Notes: generated by a model from the letters alone, not told the origin. A stretch of 64,000 nt of DNA from an uncultured Planctomycetota bacterium (GCA_963845755.1 CAWJTV010000011.1:512001-576000), one strand, 5' to 3'. Shown: positions 33,990 to 45,568, counted from the first letter of the stretch. Numbers and translations are program-made.

Positions 33990-36900
33990 ATGAATGCCAC
34001 CAGCCCCGATGTGAAATCGATCTTCGGCCGGGCCCTGGAGATGGAATCCGCGGCCGAGCGGTCCGCCTTCCTGAGCGCGGCCTGCGCGGCGGACCCCGCG
34101 CTCTGCGCAGAGGTCGAAGACCTGCTCCGCGCCATGGAGGGCGCCGGCGATTTCATGAACCGGCCGGCGGCGACGGGCTCGGTCACGATCGCCCATGCCC
34201 CGATCCTGGAAGGCCCCGGTACGAGGATCGGCCCGTACAAGCTCTTGCAGCAGATCGGCGAGGGGGGCATGGGTGTCGTCTACATGGCCGAGCAGGAGAC
34301 GCCCGTCCGGCGCAAGGTGGCGCTCAAGATCATCAAACCGGGGATGGACAGCGCCCAGGTCGTCGCCCGGTTCGAAGCCGAGCGCCAGGCGCTGGCCGTG
34401 ATGGACCACACCCACATCGCCAGGGTCTTCGACGCCGGCACCACCGAGACCGGCGCCCGTACTTCGTCATGGAGCTGGTCCATGGTGTACCGATCACCAA
34501 GTTCTGCGACGATGCCCAGCTCACACCACGCGAGCGCCTCGAGCTGTTCGTACCGGTCTGCCAGGCGATCCAGCACGCGCACCAGAAGGGGATCATCCAC
34601 CGCGACATCAAGCCGTCGAATGTGCTCGTGACGATGTACGACGACCGGCCGGTGCCCAAGGTGATCGACTTCGGCGTGGCCAAGGCGATCGAGCAAAGAC
34701 TGACCGAGCGGACGCTGTTCACCCAGTTCGGCGCCCTGGTCGGCACGTTCGAGTACATGAGCCCCGAACAGGCCGAGATGAACGCCTTCGGCGTCGATAC
34801 ACGGAGCGACATCTATTCGCTGGGGGTGTTGCTCTACGAGCTGCTGACCGGCACGACGCCGCTGGAGAAGCAACGGCTGCGCGAGGCGGCCCTTGGTGAG
34901 ATGGTGCGGCTGATCAAGGAGGAGGAGCCGCCGCGTCCGAGCGTGCGGCTGAGCAGTTCCGGCGACCTGCCCAAGATCGCCGCGGCGCGGAAGACGGAAC
35001 CAGCGCGACTGTCCAAGCTGGTGCGCGGCGAAGTCGACTGGATCGTGATGAAGTGCCTGGAAAAGGACCGGACGCGACGGTACGAGACCGCCAGCGGGCT
35101 GGCCAAGGACGTCGAGCACTACCTGCACGACGAGTCGGTGGAGGCATGCCCGCCGTCGGCCGGCTACCGGCTCCAGAAGTTCGCGCGCAAGAACAAGCGG
35201 TGGCTGGCGACCGCGACGGTCATCGCCGTGCTGCTGGCGCTCAGTGCGGCCGATGGCGCCTGGCTGCTCCTGCGCACCGCGCGGGCCGAGCGTCAAGCGA
35301 TGGAGGCCCTCAAGCGGGCGATGCAAGAGGCCGCCAACGCCGCCCAGGCCCAGAAGGACGCCTTGCGTCAGAGGGACCTGGCCACGGCCCAGCGTCAAAC
35401 GGCCGAGGACGCGAGGCAATCGGTGCGGCGGTCGCTGTACGCCTCGGACATGCAACTGGCCGAGGAAGCCTGGGAGTCGGGCGATATCCCTCGAATGCGC
35501 GACCTGCTGGAGGAACATCGGCCGCGGCCGGGCACGCCCGACCTGCGCGGCTTCGAGTGGCATTACCTGCGCGGGCTGGGCACGACCGTCCACATCGCCA
35601 AGCTGGCCCAGGACTCGACCTTCGGACAGCTCAGTCTCGATGGAACGCACTACGTCTACGTGGGCATGCTCTTCCCGCATCATGAGCCGGATGCGGGCAA
35701 GAAGCTCGAGCTGAAGCTGGTGGATGTCACCTCGGGCCGGACGGTGCGCCAGATCGTCCCCTTCCCGGACGAGACGATGAGCAACGTCCATGTTCCGCTC
35801 ACGTTCAGCCCCGACGGCAAGCGTTTCCTCGCCATGATGCGCGTCACCGACAAGTCGGGCCGCAGCGCTTGGCGGATCAAGGTCTTCGATTGGGAGACCG
35901 GTCGCGACATGTGCACGCTCGCCGATCTCGGCGGAGTGCCGGGCGCCGCGGCCTTCGACCATTCGGGCGGGAGGCTGGCCGTGGTGACCCTCCGGCAGGA
36001 GGGCCAGGCGGGTAGCGACCTGAGGATCTGGGATCTCGCCAGCGGCCGGCAACGCCTGGCGATTGCCTTGCCGGGCCGGCACATCGTACACCTCCATTCG
36101 GTGGCGTTCAGCCCCGATGGAACCCGCCTCGCGACGCTGACGAAGCCGGTCGGCCCCGAAGCCTCTCGGTCCGCGGGCGAAGTCCGCGCCTGGGACGCCG
36201 CTTCGGGTGCGGAGTGGCTGCGTTTCGAGACCGGGCCGGCCTCGGCCGGCCTGGCGTATAGCCCCGACGGCAAGTGGCTGGCGGAAATCAGCGTCGGCGG
36301 GGCCTCGCACCGGCTACGAGATGCCGGATCGGGGAAGGAGGTCCTCGAGCTCACCACGGCCCCGAGCGCCGGGATCTCCTTTTCGGTCGCCTTCAGCCCC
36401 GACGGCTCGCGGCTGGCCGTCAGTTCGCAGGATAGCAAGGTGCGGATCTGGAACGTCACGGACGTCGAGACCGGAGGCGGCCGCGCTGCCGACCGCATCC
36501 TGGATGGAAAGATCACGTTGCTGGACCACGTGGCCTGGAGTGCCGACGGCCGGCAGGTGTTCGCGTCCAGTGACAATGGCGCGGTCATGTCGTGGCCGGT
36601 CACCGCGCGCAGCCGCAAGTCGCGGTGAGGGGGTCGGGCCCGACCGAGCGGGTTACGGCGACCGCGGCCGCCGCCAACTCGCGGTTCGCTGCCGCGTTCG
36701 AAGCTCCCGGCGGGATGACCGTCCTGAAGGTCTGGGATGAGGCCGGCCATGTCCGTTTCACGACGGATGTCGCCTCGGCGGGCTACGGCTCGCCTCTCAT
36801 GGACCCCAAGAAGGTCGTGCTCAGCCGCGACGGTAGCCGTGTGGCCTACCACGGCTGGGATCCGCGCCAGGCGGACGGGCCGCCGAAGAAGATCGGCCGG

Positions 36901-37716
36901 CTGCGCGTCTGGGACGTCGCAACGGGCCGAGAGGTGTTCCACCGCGAGGGCGAACTCGAGAGGGGCCTCTTGTATCACGCGGCCTTCAGTCCCGACGGGC
37001 GACGGCTGGCCACGTCATGGAACGTGTGGAAAGACTCCCAGCCGGAGCGAAAGCACTGGGAGTTCCAGGTCTCGATCTGGGACATCGAGACGGGCCAAGA
37101 ACGGTTGCACCTGGATCTGCCGTTGCCGACGACTCTAGCGTTCAGTCCCGACGGGCGACGGCTCGCGGGCGGGCTGTCCTCTTCCTGGTCGAGCCCGGGG
37201 CGGGAGAGCGAGGTCCGGGTCTGGGACGCCGCGACGGGCGAGACGTTCCTGACCCGGAAGTTCGCGCACGGCCTGATCGACGCCGTGACCTACAACGGCG
37301 ATGGCACGTTGCTGGCTGCGGCCGTCGGCAACGTGGGCGACGCCGGAGTGATCAAGGTGCTCGACGCCGCCAGCGGCCGGGAGCGGCTGTCGTTCGCCGG
37401 TCATCGCTACATGATCTGGAAGCTGGCGTTCAGCCCCGACGGCCACCGGCTGGCCTCGCTGGCCTCGTTCCCGATGCAAGTGGCGGAGGTGAAGCTGTGG
37501 GACCTCGCCGGCGGCCGGGAGCTGTTGACCCTGAATCCGACCGGAGTCAACCTGGTCGGGAGCAACGGTTCCGGGAATAGCGGATTCGCCTTCAGCCCCG
37601 ATGGTCATCGCCTGTCTTATCTTCCCGGCGGGTCGAGGCGCGACGCCGAGGTGCAGGTCTGGGATGCCACGCCAATGCCGGACGAATCGGCCGCGGTCTC
37701 CGGTCGCCTGCGATGA
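33990..37716 (+). CDS. Ser/Thr protein kinase 3 with TM segment and WD40 repeats (frameshifts near 34455 and 36610)
   Basis: [33 protein letters not shown] linker; FSPDG repeats. Confidence 0.92.
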
Positions 37717-37808
37717 ACCACCGGCCGGAGACGTCTCGCCGCTCGATGATCTCCCGGGATAGAATGGAAGGAGAGACGATTTGCGGGTTAATGAGAGAGA
37801 CTCGATCC

Positions 37809-38107
37809 ATGAATGAGGCCACGACACTCGAACTGCCGGACGAACTCTACGAGGTCTTCCGACACCAGGCAGCCTTGATGGGAAAAACCCCGGAAGAGCT
37901 GGCGGCAGAATGGATGGCGCGCAATGGGCCGAAGCCTCGGCGACACCGGGACGATCCGGCGCACGCGCGGCTTTGGAGCAACTGCGGCGGTATGCGGGAG
38001 CGGTTGACAGCAGTAATCCCCAATCCGCCGATAACGAGGTGATCGACGCCGATCTCGCCCGAGAATCGGCCGGCCGGTGCGATTCCTCCTCCGAGGAACC
38101 GTCCTGA
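37809..38107 (+). CDS. Putative antitoxin (frameshifted)
   Basis: TLELPDELYEVFRHQAALMGKTPEELA ... ADNEVIDADLARE; TGATG overlap with the PIN gene. Confidence 0.7.
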
Positions 38108-38502
38108 TGCTCCTCGACACCTCGGGCTTGTTTTGCTACTTCGACGCCAGCGAGACGCGTCACCACGACGCCGTGACGTATTTTTACACGGCCCCGGCCC
38201 GGTTAGTGCACAGCGACGTCCTGGCCGAGTTCACCCCCTTTGCCAGGTCCGTGGCCTCGATCGAGTCAGAGCGCTGGCCTTCGTGGCGGACCTCATCGAT
38301 AACCCCGAGGTCAACATCGTCTGGGTTGACGAGTATCTCCATCGCGCCGCACTCGCGTTCCTGCAGGCGCGACCCGACAAGGCCTATTCACTTTGTGACG
38401 CTGTCAGTTTCTTGCTGATGAAGTCATGGGGAGTTCGACGAAGCCCTGACCACCGATCATCACTTCCAACAGGCCGGGTTCGTCCGACTCCTCTCCACAT
38501 AG
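38107..38502 (+). CDS. VapC/PIN-domain toxin (frameshifted)
   Basis: MLLDTSGL...HSDVLAEF...RPDKAYSLCDAVSFLLM...TTDHHFQQAGF. Confidence 0.85.
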
Positions 38503-38582
38503 GCATAGTTAACCGGCACGACATCGCGAACTCACTGGGCAGACCATTCGCGCCAATGGAGAATCCATGGGCTGATGAACGG

Positions 38583-38876
38583 CTTCAGCCCCCGACGGGC
38601 GGCGGCTGGCCTCGGTCCCCAGGCGAGCCGCGGGTGTGAATCTGTGGGACACTGCCGGAGGCCGCGAGTTGTTGACCCTGAAGACCGCCGGAATCGACCT
38701 GGTCGGGAGTAACGGCCTCAGCAATAGTGGCTTCGCATTCAGCCCCCATGGGCATCGCCTGTTTTATCTTCCCGGGGGCTCGCGCCGCGATGCCGAGGTC
38801 CAGGTCTGGGACGCCACGCCGCTGCCGGACCAGCGCGGCCGAGGACTCCGGTCCTCGCTGATGAGCCGCCGGCCGG
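38583..38876 (+). repeat. Decayed direct repeat of the kinase 3 3' end (about 37428..37728)
   Basis: [63 protein letters not shown] vs [63 protein letters not shown]. Confidence 0.92.
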
Positions 38877-39113
38877 TTACGACTCACCTCACTGCCAGGA
38901 CCGGGGCGGGATGATCGGCTGGTGATCTTCCCGAATGCGGCTGGCACGCCGTTGGCCAATCTACGGCTACCGCCGGCTGGGGGAAGGCTGTCCCCTCCAG
39001 GTCGTTTGTGCGAGAATTTGACCGGCCCGTCGCGCGACCCGGCTGGATGCCGCCGATGATGGTATGTCTCGAGATCCCGCCGATGCGCCGCGCCCCGGCC
39101 GGGAGACCCATCG

Positions 39114-42100
39114 ATGGCCGCCGACGCCGATCGCCACCTCCTCTTTGGTCTACTCGCCTTGCAGAACGGCCTGATCGACCAGGCACAGCTGGTGGCCGCC
39201 TTCCAGTCGTGGACCCGCGACAAGGACCGACCGCTGGCCGACCATCTCGTGGATCTGGGCTACCTCGACCGAGCGCACTGCCCGCTCCTCGAAGGCCTGG
39301 CCGCTGTTCACCTCGCCCGCCACGGCGGCAACGCCGAGCAGAGCGTGGCGGCCATCCCAGCCGGCAAGTCCACGCGCGAGAGCCTGGCCAGGATCGGCGA
39401 TCCCGACCTGGTCGGCACGCTGGCCCGGGTCGGCCCGCGCTCAACCCTGCAAGACGATGACGGTGATGCCGACCGCACGGCCTCGTACTCCGTCGGCGCG
39501 GCCACCAGCGACGGCCAGCGGTTCCGCGTGTTGCGGCCCCATGCCCGGGGCGGCCTGGGGGCCGTCTTCGTGGCGCTGGACACCGAGCTGCACCGCGAGG
39601 TGGCGCTGAAGCAGATCCTCGACCACCACGCCGACGACCGGGTCAGCCGCCAGCGGTTCCTCCTGGAGGCCGAGGTCACCGGCGGGCTGGAGCACCCGGG
39701 CATCGTGCCCGTCTACGGCCTGGGCAACTATGGCGATGGCCGGCCCTATTACGCCATGCGGTTCATCAAGGGGGACAGCCTCAAGGAGGCCATCGAGCAG
39801 TTCCACGCCGATGAGTCGTTGAAGAACCAGCCCGGGAGGCGCTCGCTGGAGCTGCGCAAGCTGCTCCGTCGTTTCACCGACGTCTGCAACGCGATCGACT
39901 ACGCGCATTTGCGCGGCGTGTTGCATCGGGATATCAAGCCGGGCAACATCATCGTCGGCAAGCATGGGGAGACCCTCGTGGTCGACTGGGGTCTGGCCAA
40001 GGCCCGAGGGCGCGCCGACGTCGCCGAGTCCAGCGATGAGCGACCGCTCTTGCCCAGCTCGGCCAGCGGCTCGGCCGAGACGCTGCCGGGTAGTGCGCTG
40101 GGCACACCCGCCTACATGAGTCCGGAGCAGGCCGCCGGCGAGCTCGACCGTCTGAGCCCGCGGTCGGATGTCTACGGCCTCGGGGCCACGATGTACTGCC
40201 TGCTGACGGGAAAGGCGCCATTCGAGAATGACGATATCGGCGAAATGCTCCGCCAGGTCCGCAAAGGCGAGTTCCCGCCGCCGCGAGCGATCGACCCGGC
40301 GATCGACCGCGCCCTGGAGGCCGTCTGTCTGAAGGCGATGGCCACGAAACCGGAGGATCGTTACGGTTCGTGTCGTGCACTGGCCGACGACATCGAGCGC
40401 TGGATGGCCGACGAGCCGGTCACGGCATGGTCGGAGCCGTGGACGCGGACGCTCTTGCGCTGGCTAACCCGGCACCGGGTCGGTGTGACGGCGGCCGCGG
40501 TGGCGGGCCTGGTCGCACTGGTCGGCCTTGCTGCCGTCGCCGCCACGCAGGCGCAAGGCCGCGCGGCACTCGAGATCAAGAACCGCGAGCTGGCCGATGC
40601 CAACGCGAAGGTGCAGGCGCGCTACGACCTGGCCGTCGACGCCATCAAGACGTATTACACGGGGGTCAGCGAGGATTTTCTCCTCAGGGAGGATAAGTTC
40701 AAGGACCTTCGCAACCGGCTCTTGAAGTCGGCTGCCGACTTCTACGGCAAGCTCGGCGCGCTGCTGGGCAAGGAGAAGGATTTCGTCTCGCGGCGTGCGC
40801 TGGTGGCCTCGAACTTCGAGTTGGCCGACTTGACCGACAAGGTCGGCCGCAAGGAGGATGCGCTAGCGGCACACCGCGCGGTTCTCGCAGCGAGGGAGAC
40901 GCTGGCGGCCGAGCCCGGGACGGACGCTGCGACCAAGGCCGAAGTCGGTTTGAGCTTGACGGCGATCGCCACCTTGCTGACTTCGACCGAGCGGACGGAC
41001 GAGGCGCTGGCGACTTTTCGCCGGGCGGAGTCGCTGCTGGCGGGCCTGGCGGAGTCCGAACCATCGGCGCGGGCTGCGCTGGCGGCCTGCCGAATTGAGC
41101 TAGGTTTTCTCCTGTACCTTACGGGCAAGTCGGCCGAGGCACTGGCGGTCTACAAGATGGCGCTAGCCGATCAGGAGGCGCTGGCCGCCGCCCATGACGC
41201 CTCGAACGACGTGCGCCACGGATTGGCGCACACGCACCGGCGCATTGGCGTCCTGCTCATGAACATGGACAAGCTGGTGGACTCGGAAACCGAGCTCCGC
41301 GCGGCCATGGCGATCTACCAGAAGCTGGCCGACGACAACCCCGATGTCATCGAATTCCGCAGCTCCCTGGCGTACAGCCACTACCTTGTTGCCACCGTGC
41401 TCATGAAAACGCACCGCCCGGCGGTGGCCGAGTACCGCGCGGCCCTGGCGATTCAGCAGGAGGTGGTCGCCGACAATCCCGCCGTCACCTCATTCCGCAG
41501 GTTCCTGGCGATGAGCCACCTCGACGTTGCCACCGCGTTGCAATTTGCGGGTGAGTCGAGCGCGGCGGAGGCCGAGCTCCGCACGGCGAGGGAGACTCTT
41601 CAGAAGCTAGCCGACGACAACCCCGACGTCACCACATTCCGCATGTACCTCGCGCAATCGTACGACAGCCTCTCCAGCCTGTTGTCGGAGGAGGGCAAGT
41701 CGGCGGAGGCGGAGGTCGCGGCCCGCACGGCCGTGGCGATCCTGCGAATGGTGGTCGACGACAGCCCCGACGTCGGCACCTACCGTTTCAACCTGGCGCT
41801 GAGTCACAACGGCCACGGCTGGCTGCTGTCGCAGACGGGCCGGCCGTCAGAGGCGGAGCCCGTGTACCGCGAGGCGCTGGCGATTCTTCAGAAGGTGGCC
41901 GATGAGGACCCGAAGGTCCTGAGTCATCGACAGAACGCAGCCAATGTCGGCAACAATCTCTCGACGGTACTCCGCCGGCTCGGCCGCCCGGCCGAGGCCC
42001 GCGAGCAGTGCGAGCGAGCCCTCACCATTATGGAGGACCTGGCCCGAGAGGACCCCGGGGCGACGAGATACCGCGACGGCCTGGCAGAGTGCTACCTCAG

Positions 42101-42653
42101 CCGCAGCCTGATCCGACGTGCCCTGGGCGACCCCGCCGGCGCCGCGGCCGACGCCCGTCGGGCGGTGGCGCTGTTCGACGCCCTGCCGCCGCGGTCGGGC
42201 GAGCGAACGTTCTTGTCCGCGTGTGCCCACGCCGCGCTGGCCGGCCTGGCCGGTCGCGATGGCTCGGGCGTGGCGGCCGCCGAGGCAACGTCCGAGGCCG
42301 AGACGGCCGTGGCCCGGCTCCACAAGGCCGCCGGCGTGGGCTACCGCAACCCCGACGCCTACCGCACCGAGGACGCCCTCGACCCGCTCCGCGGACGGCC
42401 CGACTTCCAGTTGCTGATCATGGACCTGGCCATGCCGGCCGAGCCGTTCGCCGGCCCCCACCGAGACCCGGCGGGCGGCTGGGAGACCTCCGGTCCGGCC
42501 CGCGGCGGCGACTCTTCGGGTACCCGGAGACCCGTGCCTAGCGCGGCGCGTGCGCAACGCAACCGATCGGCGCTCTCAATTCACTTTTCGGCCACCTCGA
42601 GGGCGACCGAGTCCAGCCACGCGCAACCCACTCCGACCAGCGCCAGTCCGTAG
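39114..42653 (+). CDS. Ser/Thr protein kinase 4 with TM segment and TPR repeats (true stop may be earlier)
   Basis: DRHLLFGLLALQNGLID N-terminus; HARGGLG, HRDIKPGN, DWG, GTPAYMSPEQ; repeated 'QKLADDNPDV..FR..LA' helices. Confidence 0.92.
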   Translation: MAADADRHLLFGLLALQNGLIDQAQLVAAFQSWTRDKDRPLADHLVDLGYLDRAHCPLLEGLAAVHLARHGGNAEQSVAAIPAGKSTRESLARIGDPDLVGTLARVGPRSTLQDDDGDADRTASYSVGAATSDGQRFRVLRPHARGGLGAVFVALDTELHREVALKQILDHHADDRVSRQRFLLEAEVTGGLEHPGIVPVYGLGNYGDGRPYYAMRFIKGDSLKEAIEQFHADESLKNQPGRRSLELRKLLRRFTDVCNAIDYAHLRGVLHRDIKPGNIIVGKHGETLVVDWGLAKARGRADVAESSDERPLLPSSASGSAETLPGSALGTPAYMSPEQAAGELDRLSPRSDVYGLGATMYCLLTGKAPFENDDIGEMLRQVRKGEFPPPRAIDPAIDRALEAVCLKAMATKPEDRYGSCRALADDIERWMADEPVTAWSEPWTRTLLRWLTRHRVGVTAAAVAGLVALVGLAAVAATQAQGRAALEIKNRELADANAKVQARYDLAVDAIKTYYTGVSEDFLLREDKFKDLRNRLLKSAADFYGKLGALLGKEKDFVSRRALVASNFELADLTDKVGRKEDALAAHRAVLAARETLAAEPGTDAATKAEVGLSLTAIATLLTSTERTDEALATFRRAESLLAGLAESEPSARAALAACRIELGFLLYLTGKSAEALAVYKMALADQEALAAAHDASNDVRHGLAHTHRRIGVLLMNMDKLVDSETELRAAMAIYQKLADDNPDVIEFRSSLAYSHYLVATVLMKTHRPAVAEYRAALAIQQEVVADNPAVTSFRRFLAMSHLDVATALQFAGESSAAEAELRTARETLQKLADDNPDVTTFRMYLAQSYDSLSSLLSEEGKSAEAEVAARTAVAILRMVVDDSPDVGTYRFNLALSHNGHGWLLSQTGRPSEAEPVYREALAILQKVADEDPKVLSHRQNAANVGNNLSTVLRRLGRPAEAREQCERALTIMEDLAREDPGATRYRDGLAECYLSRSLIRRALGDPAGAAADARRAVALFDALPPRSGERTFLSACAHAALAGLAGRDGSGVAAAEATSEAETAVARLHKAAGVGYRNPDAYRTEDALDPLRGRPDFQLLIMDLAMPAEPFAGPHRDPAGGWETSGPARGGDSSGTRRPVPSAARAQRNRSALSIHFSATSRATESSHAQPTPTSASP

Positions 42654-44806
42654 TCGATCCGCTCCGCATCCTTGGGAACATCCCCGACCATCTCAAACAT
42701 TCGCCATTCGGGTGTCGTGATGGGCCGGTCGGCCATGTCATCCTCGAACGCCAAGGAAGCCGGGCCGAATCCTGGCTTCTGGATGCGTAACCACAGATGC
42801 GCCTGGTTCCCTGGACCGGCTACCTCCGTACGAACGGCCGCGCGCAGCTTGATCCGTTTCCCCTGGAATGGCTTCGCGTCGATCGTTTGCCCCAGACCTC
42901 CGAAAGTCTCTCCGTATCGTGGGCCGGGCTTCGGGCGGATCAGCGCGCATCGCTGACCGGTATGGGGATGATCTTCACTCGTCACTGCCTCATAGCTCAG
43001 ACCGCTAATCCCGGACGAGCCCGTCCAATCGGTCGGCTTCGTCCCCGGATCGCCGCTCTCGAAACCGAGGTTGGCGGGTGCGGCCAGTTTCTGGACCTTG
43101 GGACGCCCTCCCGCTGCGTTCGGTCGAGCGGAGGTCGTTTTCTCGACAAAGAGCAAGGCATCGTAAATCCGAGGTACCCTCGACGGCGAGAAAAACTGGC
43201 TCGCGGACTGCTCGGAGTAACCGGCCCCGATACTTCGGGTCGTGCGGGGCTGGTCGAACCAGGCCGCGACCGGTCCGTCCTTGGGTAGTTCTCGCAGATC
43301 GATCGCCGCCAGCGCCAGTCCACTCGCGGCCAGTATCGCATCGAGACTACCCTCGGGTGCCGGCTTGACCTGGAACGGACGCAGCCGACCAGTTCCGAAG
43401 GGCATCTCCACGGCTTGAAACGATCCCTGGTTAAAGGCGAAGCCAAAAACGACCATGTCGGTGCTGTACATCTTGCGCAGGTGATGGCCCATCCATTCCT
43501 GGCCACTGGCCACCGAGGTAGCCACGTGACCGTTATGCGCCCAGACCACCATTTTCGTGCCCGGTCCTTCGTGTTCGAGGATCCAACGAATGTTGTCAGC
43601 CATGGCCCGATCGCGAACCATAAACGTGTCCCCGGGGTTTTTCATGGCCAGGGCCTGGGCTAGGACCTGAGCGTGCTGCCGCGCGACGGCCAACTCGCTC
43701 TCGCTGGTCCGTTTGACGTAATCGGTTCTCTGCTGATCCAGAAGGTTCAGGAGCCCTTGCGCCGCGGTCATCACCGCCTGTTTCTTCGCCGGCGCGAGTG
43801 CGTCATACGACCTCGCGAGGAACGGGTTGGCCAGAGGCGAGAGTGCCTCTTTCGTCCCGCCTGGAAGCTGGGCATCGACCTTGGAAACGTAGGCCAGGGC
43901 GACTCTGGCCGCGCGGCCCGGGAACTGCGCGTCGAAGCCGTAGAACTTGACTTTCTTCTCATGACGCGGGTCGGCGTTGTAATTCCGCATCCAGCGGATC
44001 ATCTCGAGCACCTCTTCGGTGTCCCAGGTCCAGAAATACATCCCTGCCAGCGCGCTGGCGGGATCGCCTTTTTCGGTGAGAACGAACTCGTTGAGGTCGA
44101 AGGCTTCGGGCATCGTGGCCTCGATGCCGAAAACGGTGAATCCCATCTCGGAGACGAGGAACTCGAGCATCCTGTGCTTGAGTTGAAAGAACTCACGGGT
44201 CCCGTGCGTGGCCTCCCCGAGTGCCACCAACCGCGCCTCGCCGATCACCTTCTTGAGCGGCTGCATGTCCTCGAATCCGTGGCCGGCCTCCACACCCTTC
44301 AGACGAATCGCATGTTCCGCCAGCCATTTCTTGACTCCCTCGACCTGGGCCTTCTCGGCAGCCAGCCGCTCCGCGTATTGATCGGCCGTAAGCAACTCCT
44401 CGATTTTCACCTGGTAACCGCCGCGCTTCGCGGTCTTCTCGAGTGCGCGGATCTCCAGCCGGTAGTCGCCGGAGGCCGCTGCGACCACTTGAGCGGGTTC
44501 CGGTCCTTGATCGCCGTTGGGACTGTCCACTTCGACAATCCGTTTGCCGTCCGGGCCGAGGATCCTCACCACCACATCAATGCCTCGCTGATCGACGACC
44601 ACGTGGAGAAACTGACCGGCCTTCACGAAAACCTTGTAGTCATGAGCCTCGTGACCGGCCATGGTGCGCTCGATGGCCTTGCGTGGCTCGAGAGTGGTAA
44701 CGGTCTGGCTTGGCTCCGATGGCTGCTGCCCGCCCCGAATCCCGGGAGCGAACGATAGCATGGCAGCAACGAACATGGTGGCAAGCAAGGGAATGAGTCT
44801 GTCCAC
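42581..44806 (-). CDS. Secreted erythromycin-esterase-family protein with an N-terminal PPC-like domain
   Basis: Signal peptide; VVVDQRGIDVVV...DSPNG; RLVALGEATHGTREF; RDRAMADNI; VVWAHNGHV; YDALLFV. Confidence 0.88.
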   Translation of the reverse strand: MDRLIPLLATMFVAAMLSFAPGIRGGQQPSEPSQTVTTLEPRKAIERTMAGHEAHDYKVFVKAGQFLHVVVDQRGIDVVVRILGPDGKRIVEVDSPNGDQGPEPAQVVAAASGDYRLEIRALEKTAKRGGYQVKIEELLTADQYAERLAAEKAQVEGVKKWLAEHAIRLKGVEAGHGFEDMQPLKKVIGEARLVALGEATHGTREFFQLKHRMLEFLVSEMGFTVFGIEATMPEAFDLNEFVLTEKGDPASALAGMYFWTWDTEEVLEMIRWMRNYNADPRHEKKVKFYGFDAQFPGRAARVALAYVSKVDAQLPGGTKEALSPLANPFLARSYDALAPAKKQAVMTAAQGLLNLLDQQRTDYVKRTSESELAVARQHAQVLAQALAMKNPGDTFMVRDRAMADNIRWILEHEGPGTKMVVWAHNGHVATSVASGQEWMGHHLRKMYSTDMVVFGFAFNQGSFQAVEMPFGTGRLRPFQVKPAPEGSLDAILAASGLALAAIDLRELPKDGPVAAWFDQPRTTRSIGAGYSEQSASQFFSPSRVPRIYDALLFVEKTTSARPNAAGGRPKVQKLAAPANLGFESGDPGTKPTDWTGSSGISGLSYEAVTSEDHPHTGQRCALIRPKPGPRYGETFGGLGQTIDAKPFQGKRIKLRAAVRTEVAGPGNQAHLWLRIQKPGFGPASLAFEDDMADRPITTPEWRMFEMVGDVPKDAERIDYGLALVGVGCAWLDSVALEVAEK

Positions 44807-45168
44807 GTAGCCCTCCTACATGCGTCAAGGTCTGGAAACGCTCAAGGTTCTGCGGCCTTGCTGAGCTCAATGAAGTCAAACGGTGCGATCGATTATCGGC
44901 CCCGGGGTCCAGCTTGTCATTAGGCCTCGCTTTGAAGGATGGGAGGGCGAGAGGTTCAGCCCACTTTCCTTGTGGGCGGCCACCGCGAGCGCTACAGGGC
45001 GGTGTCCGAGTGACCTGTTCCAGAACAAGTAGTGTCTTCCTCCTCACGATCCCTGCTCCATGCGCATTTGGGAACCCGACGTTAGAGCGCCTCTCGGTTG
45101 GGTTGCGCACTGCGCATGGCGCGAGACGCGTGATCGATCCGAGCCCGAGGCCAAGGCGACGCCCTCCG

Positions 45169-45411
45169 GCGGCCCGAAGGGTCGCAGGAACCCAGCCCGG
45201 CGTGAGGAACGCTGACGAAATAAGTTCCCGAAGTCACTGACACCCACTCGTTCCCACGCTCCGCGTGGGAATGCCGTCTGCGACGCTCTGCGTCGTCGGC
45301 AAGACCGGGAAGTTATTTCGTCAGCGTTCCAAACGCCGGGACTCGGATACCCGCGCCTGCGCCGGCACCCTGAAGAGGTGCTGGAGGGTTTCCTGCGGCC
45401 CTTCAGGCCGC
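45169..45411. repeat. Nested inverted-repeat (REP/MITE-like) complex
   Basis: Outer GCGGCCCGAAGGGTCGCAGGAA / TTCCTGCGGCCCTTCAGGCCGC; middle GGAACGCTGACGAAATAA (45206) / TTATTTCGTCAGCGTTCC (to 45330); inner TTCCCACGC-TCC-GCGTGGGAA hairpin. Confidence 0.8.
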
Positions 45412-45491
45412 TGGGACCGGGGCTTGCACCTCGGACCCCGAGTTTCACCCGCGGCTGGGCTCCTGCGGCCAAAGGCCGCGGATGAGCTCTA

Positions 45492-45536
45492 TTGACAATC
45501 CGGAATCCACCGACATAATACAGACAGTCTGTCTGT
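45492..45536 (+). promoter_or_regulatory. Putative promoter and palindromic operator for the second blaI
   Basis: TTGACA-16bp-CATAAT followed immediately by ACAGACAG-T-CTGTCTGT (45520..45536). Confidence 0.68.
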
Positions 45537-45568
45537 CTGTGATCATCAAGACCAGCAGGGGCGCCCTC

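Noticed and set aside
26320..38876. Diversity-generating retroelement (TR/VR pairs) behind the WD40 variation
   Set aside because: No reverse transcriptase in the window, and the differences involve all four bases rather than only adenines.
42581..44806. Calling this ereA/ereB macrolide resistance
   Set aside because: Family motifs only; the extra domains and signal peptide differ, and activity cannot be inferred.
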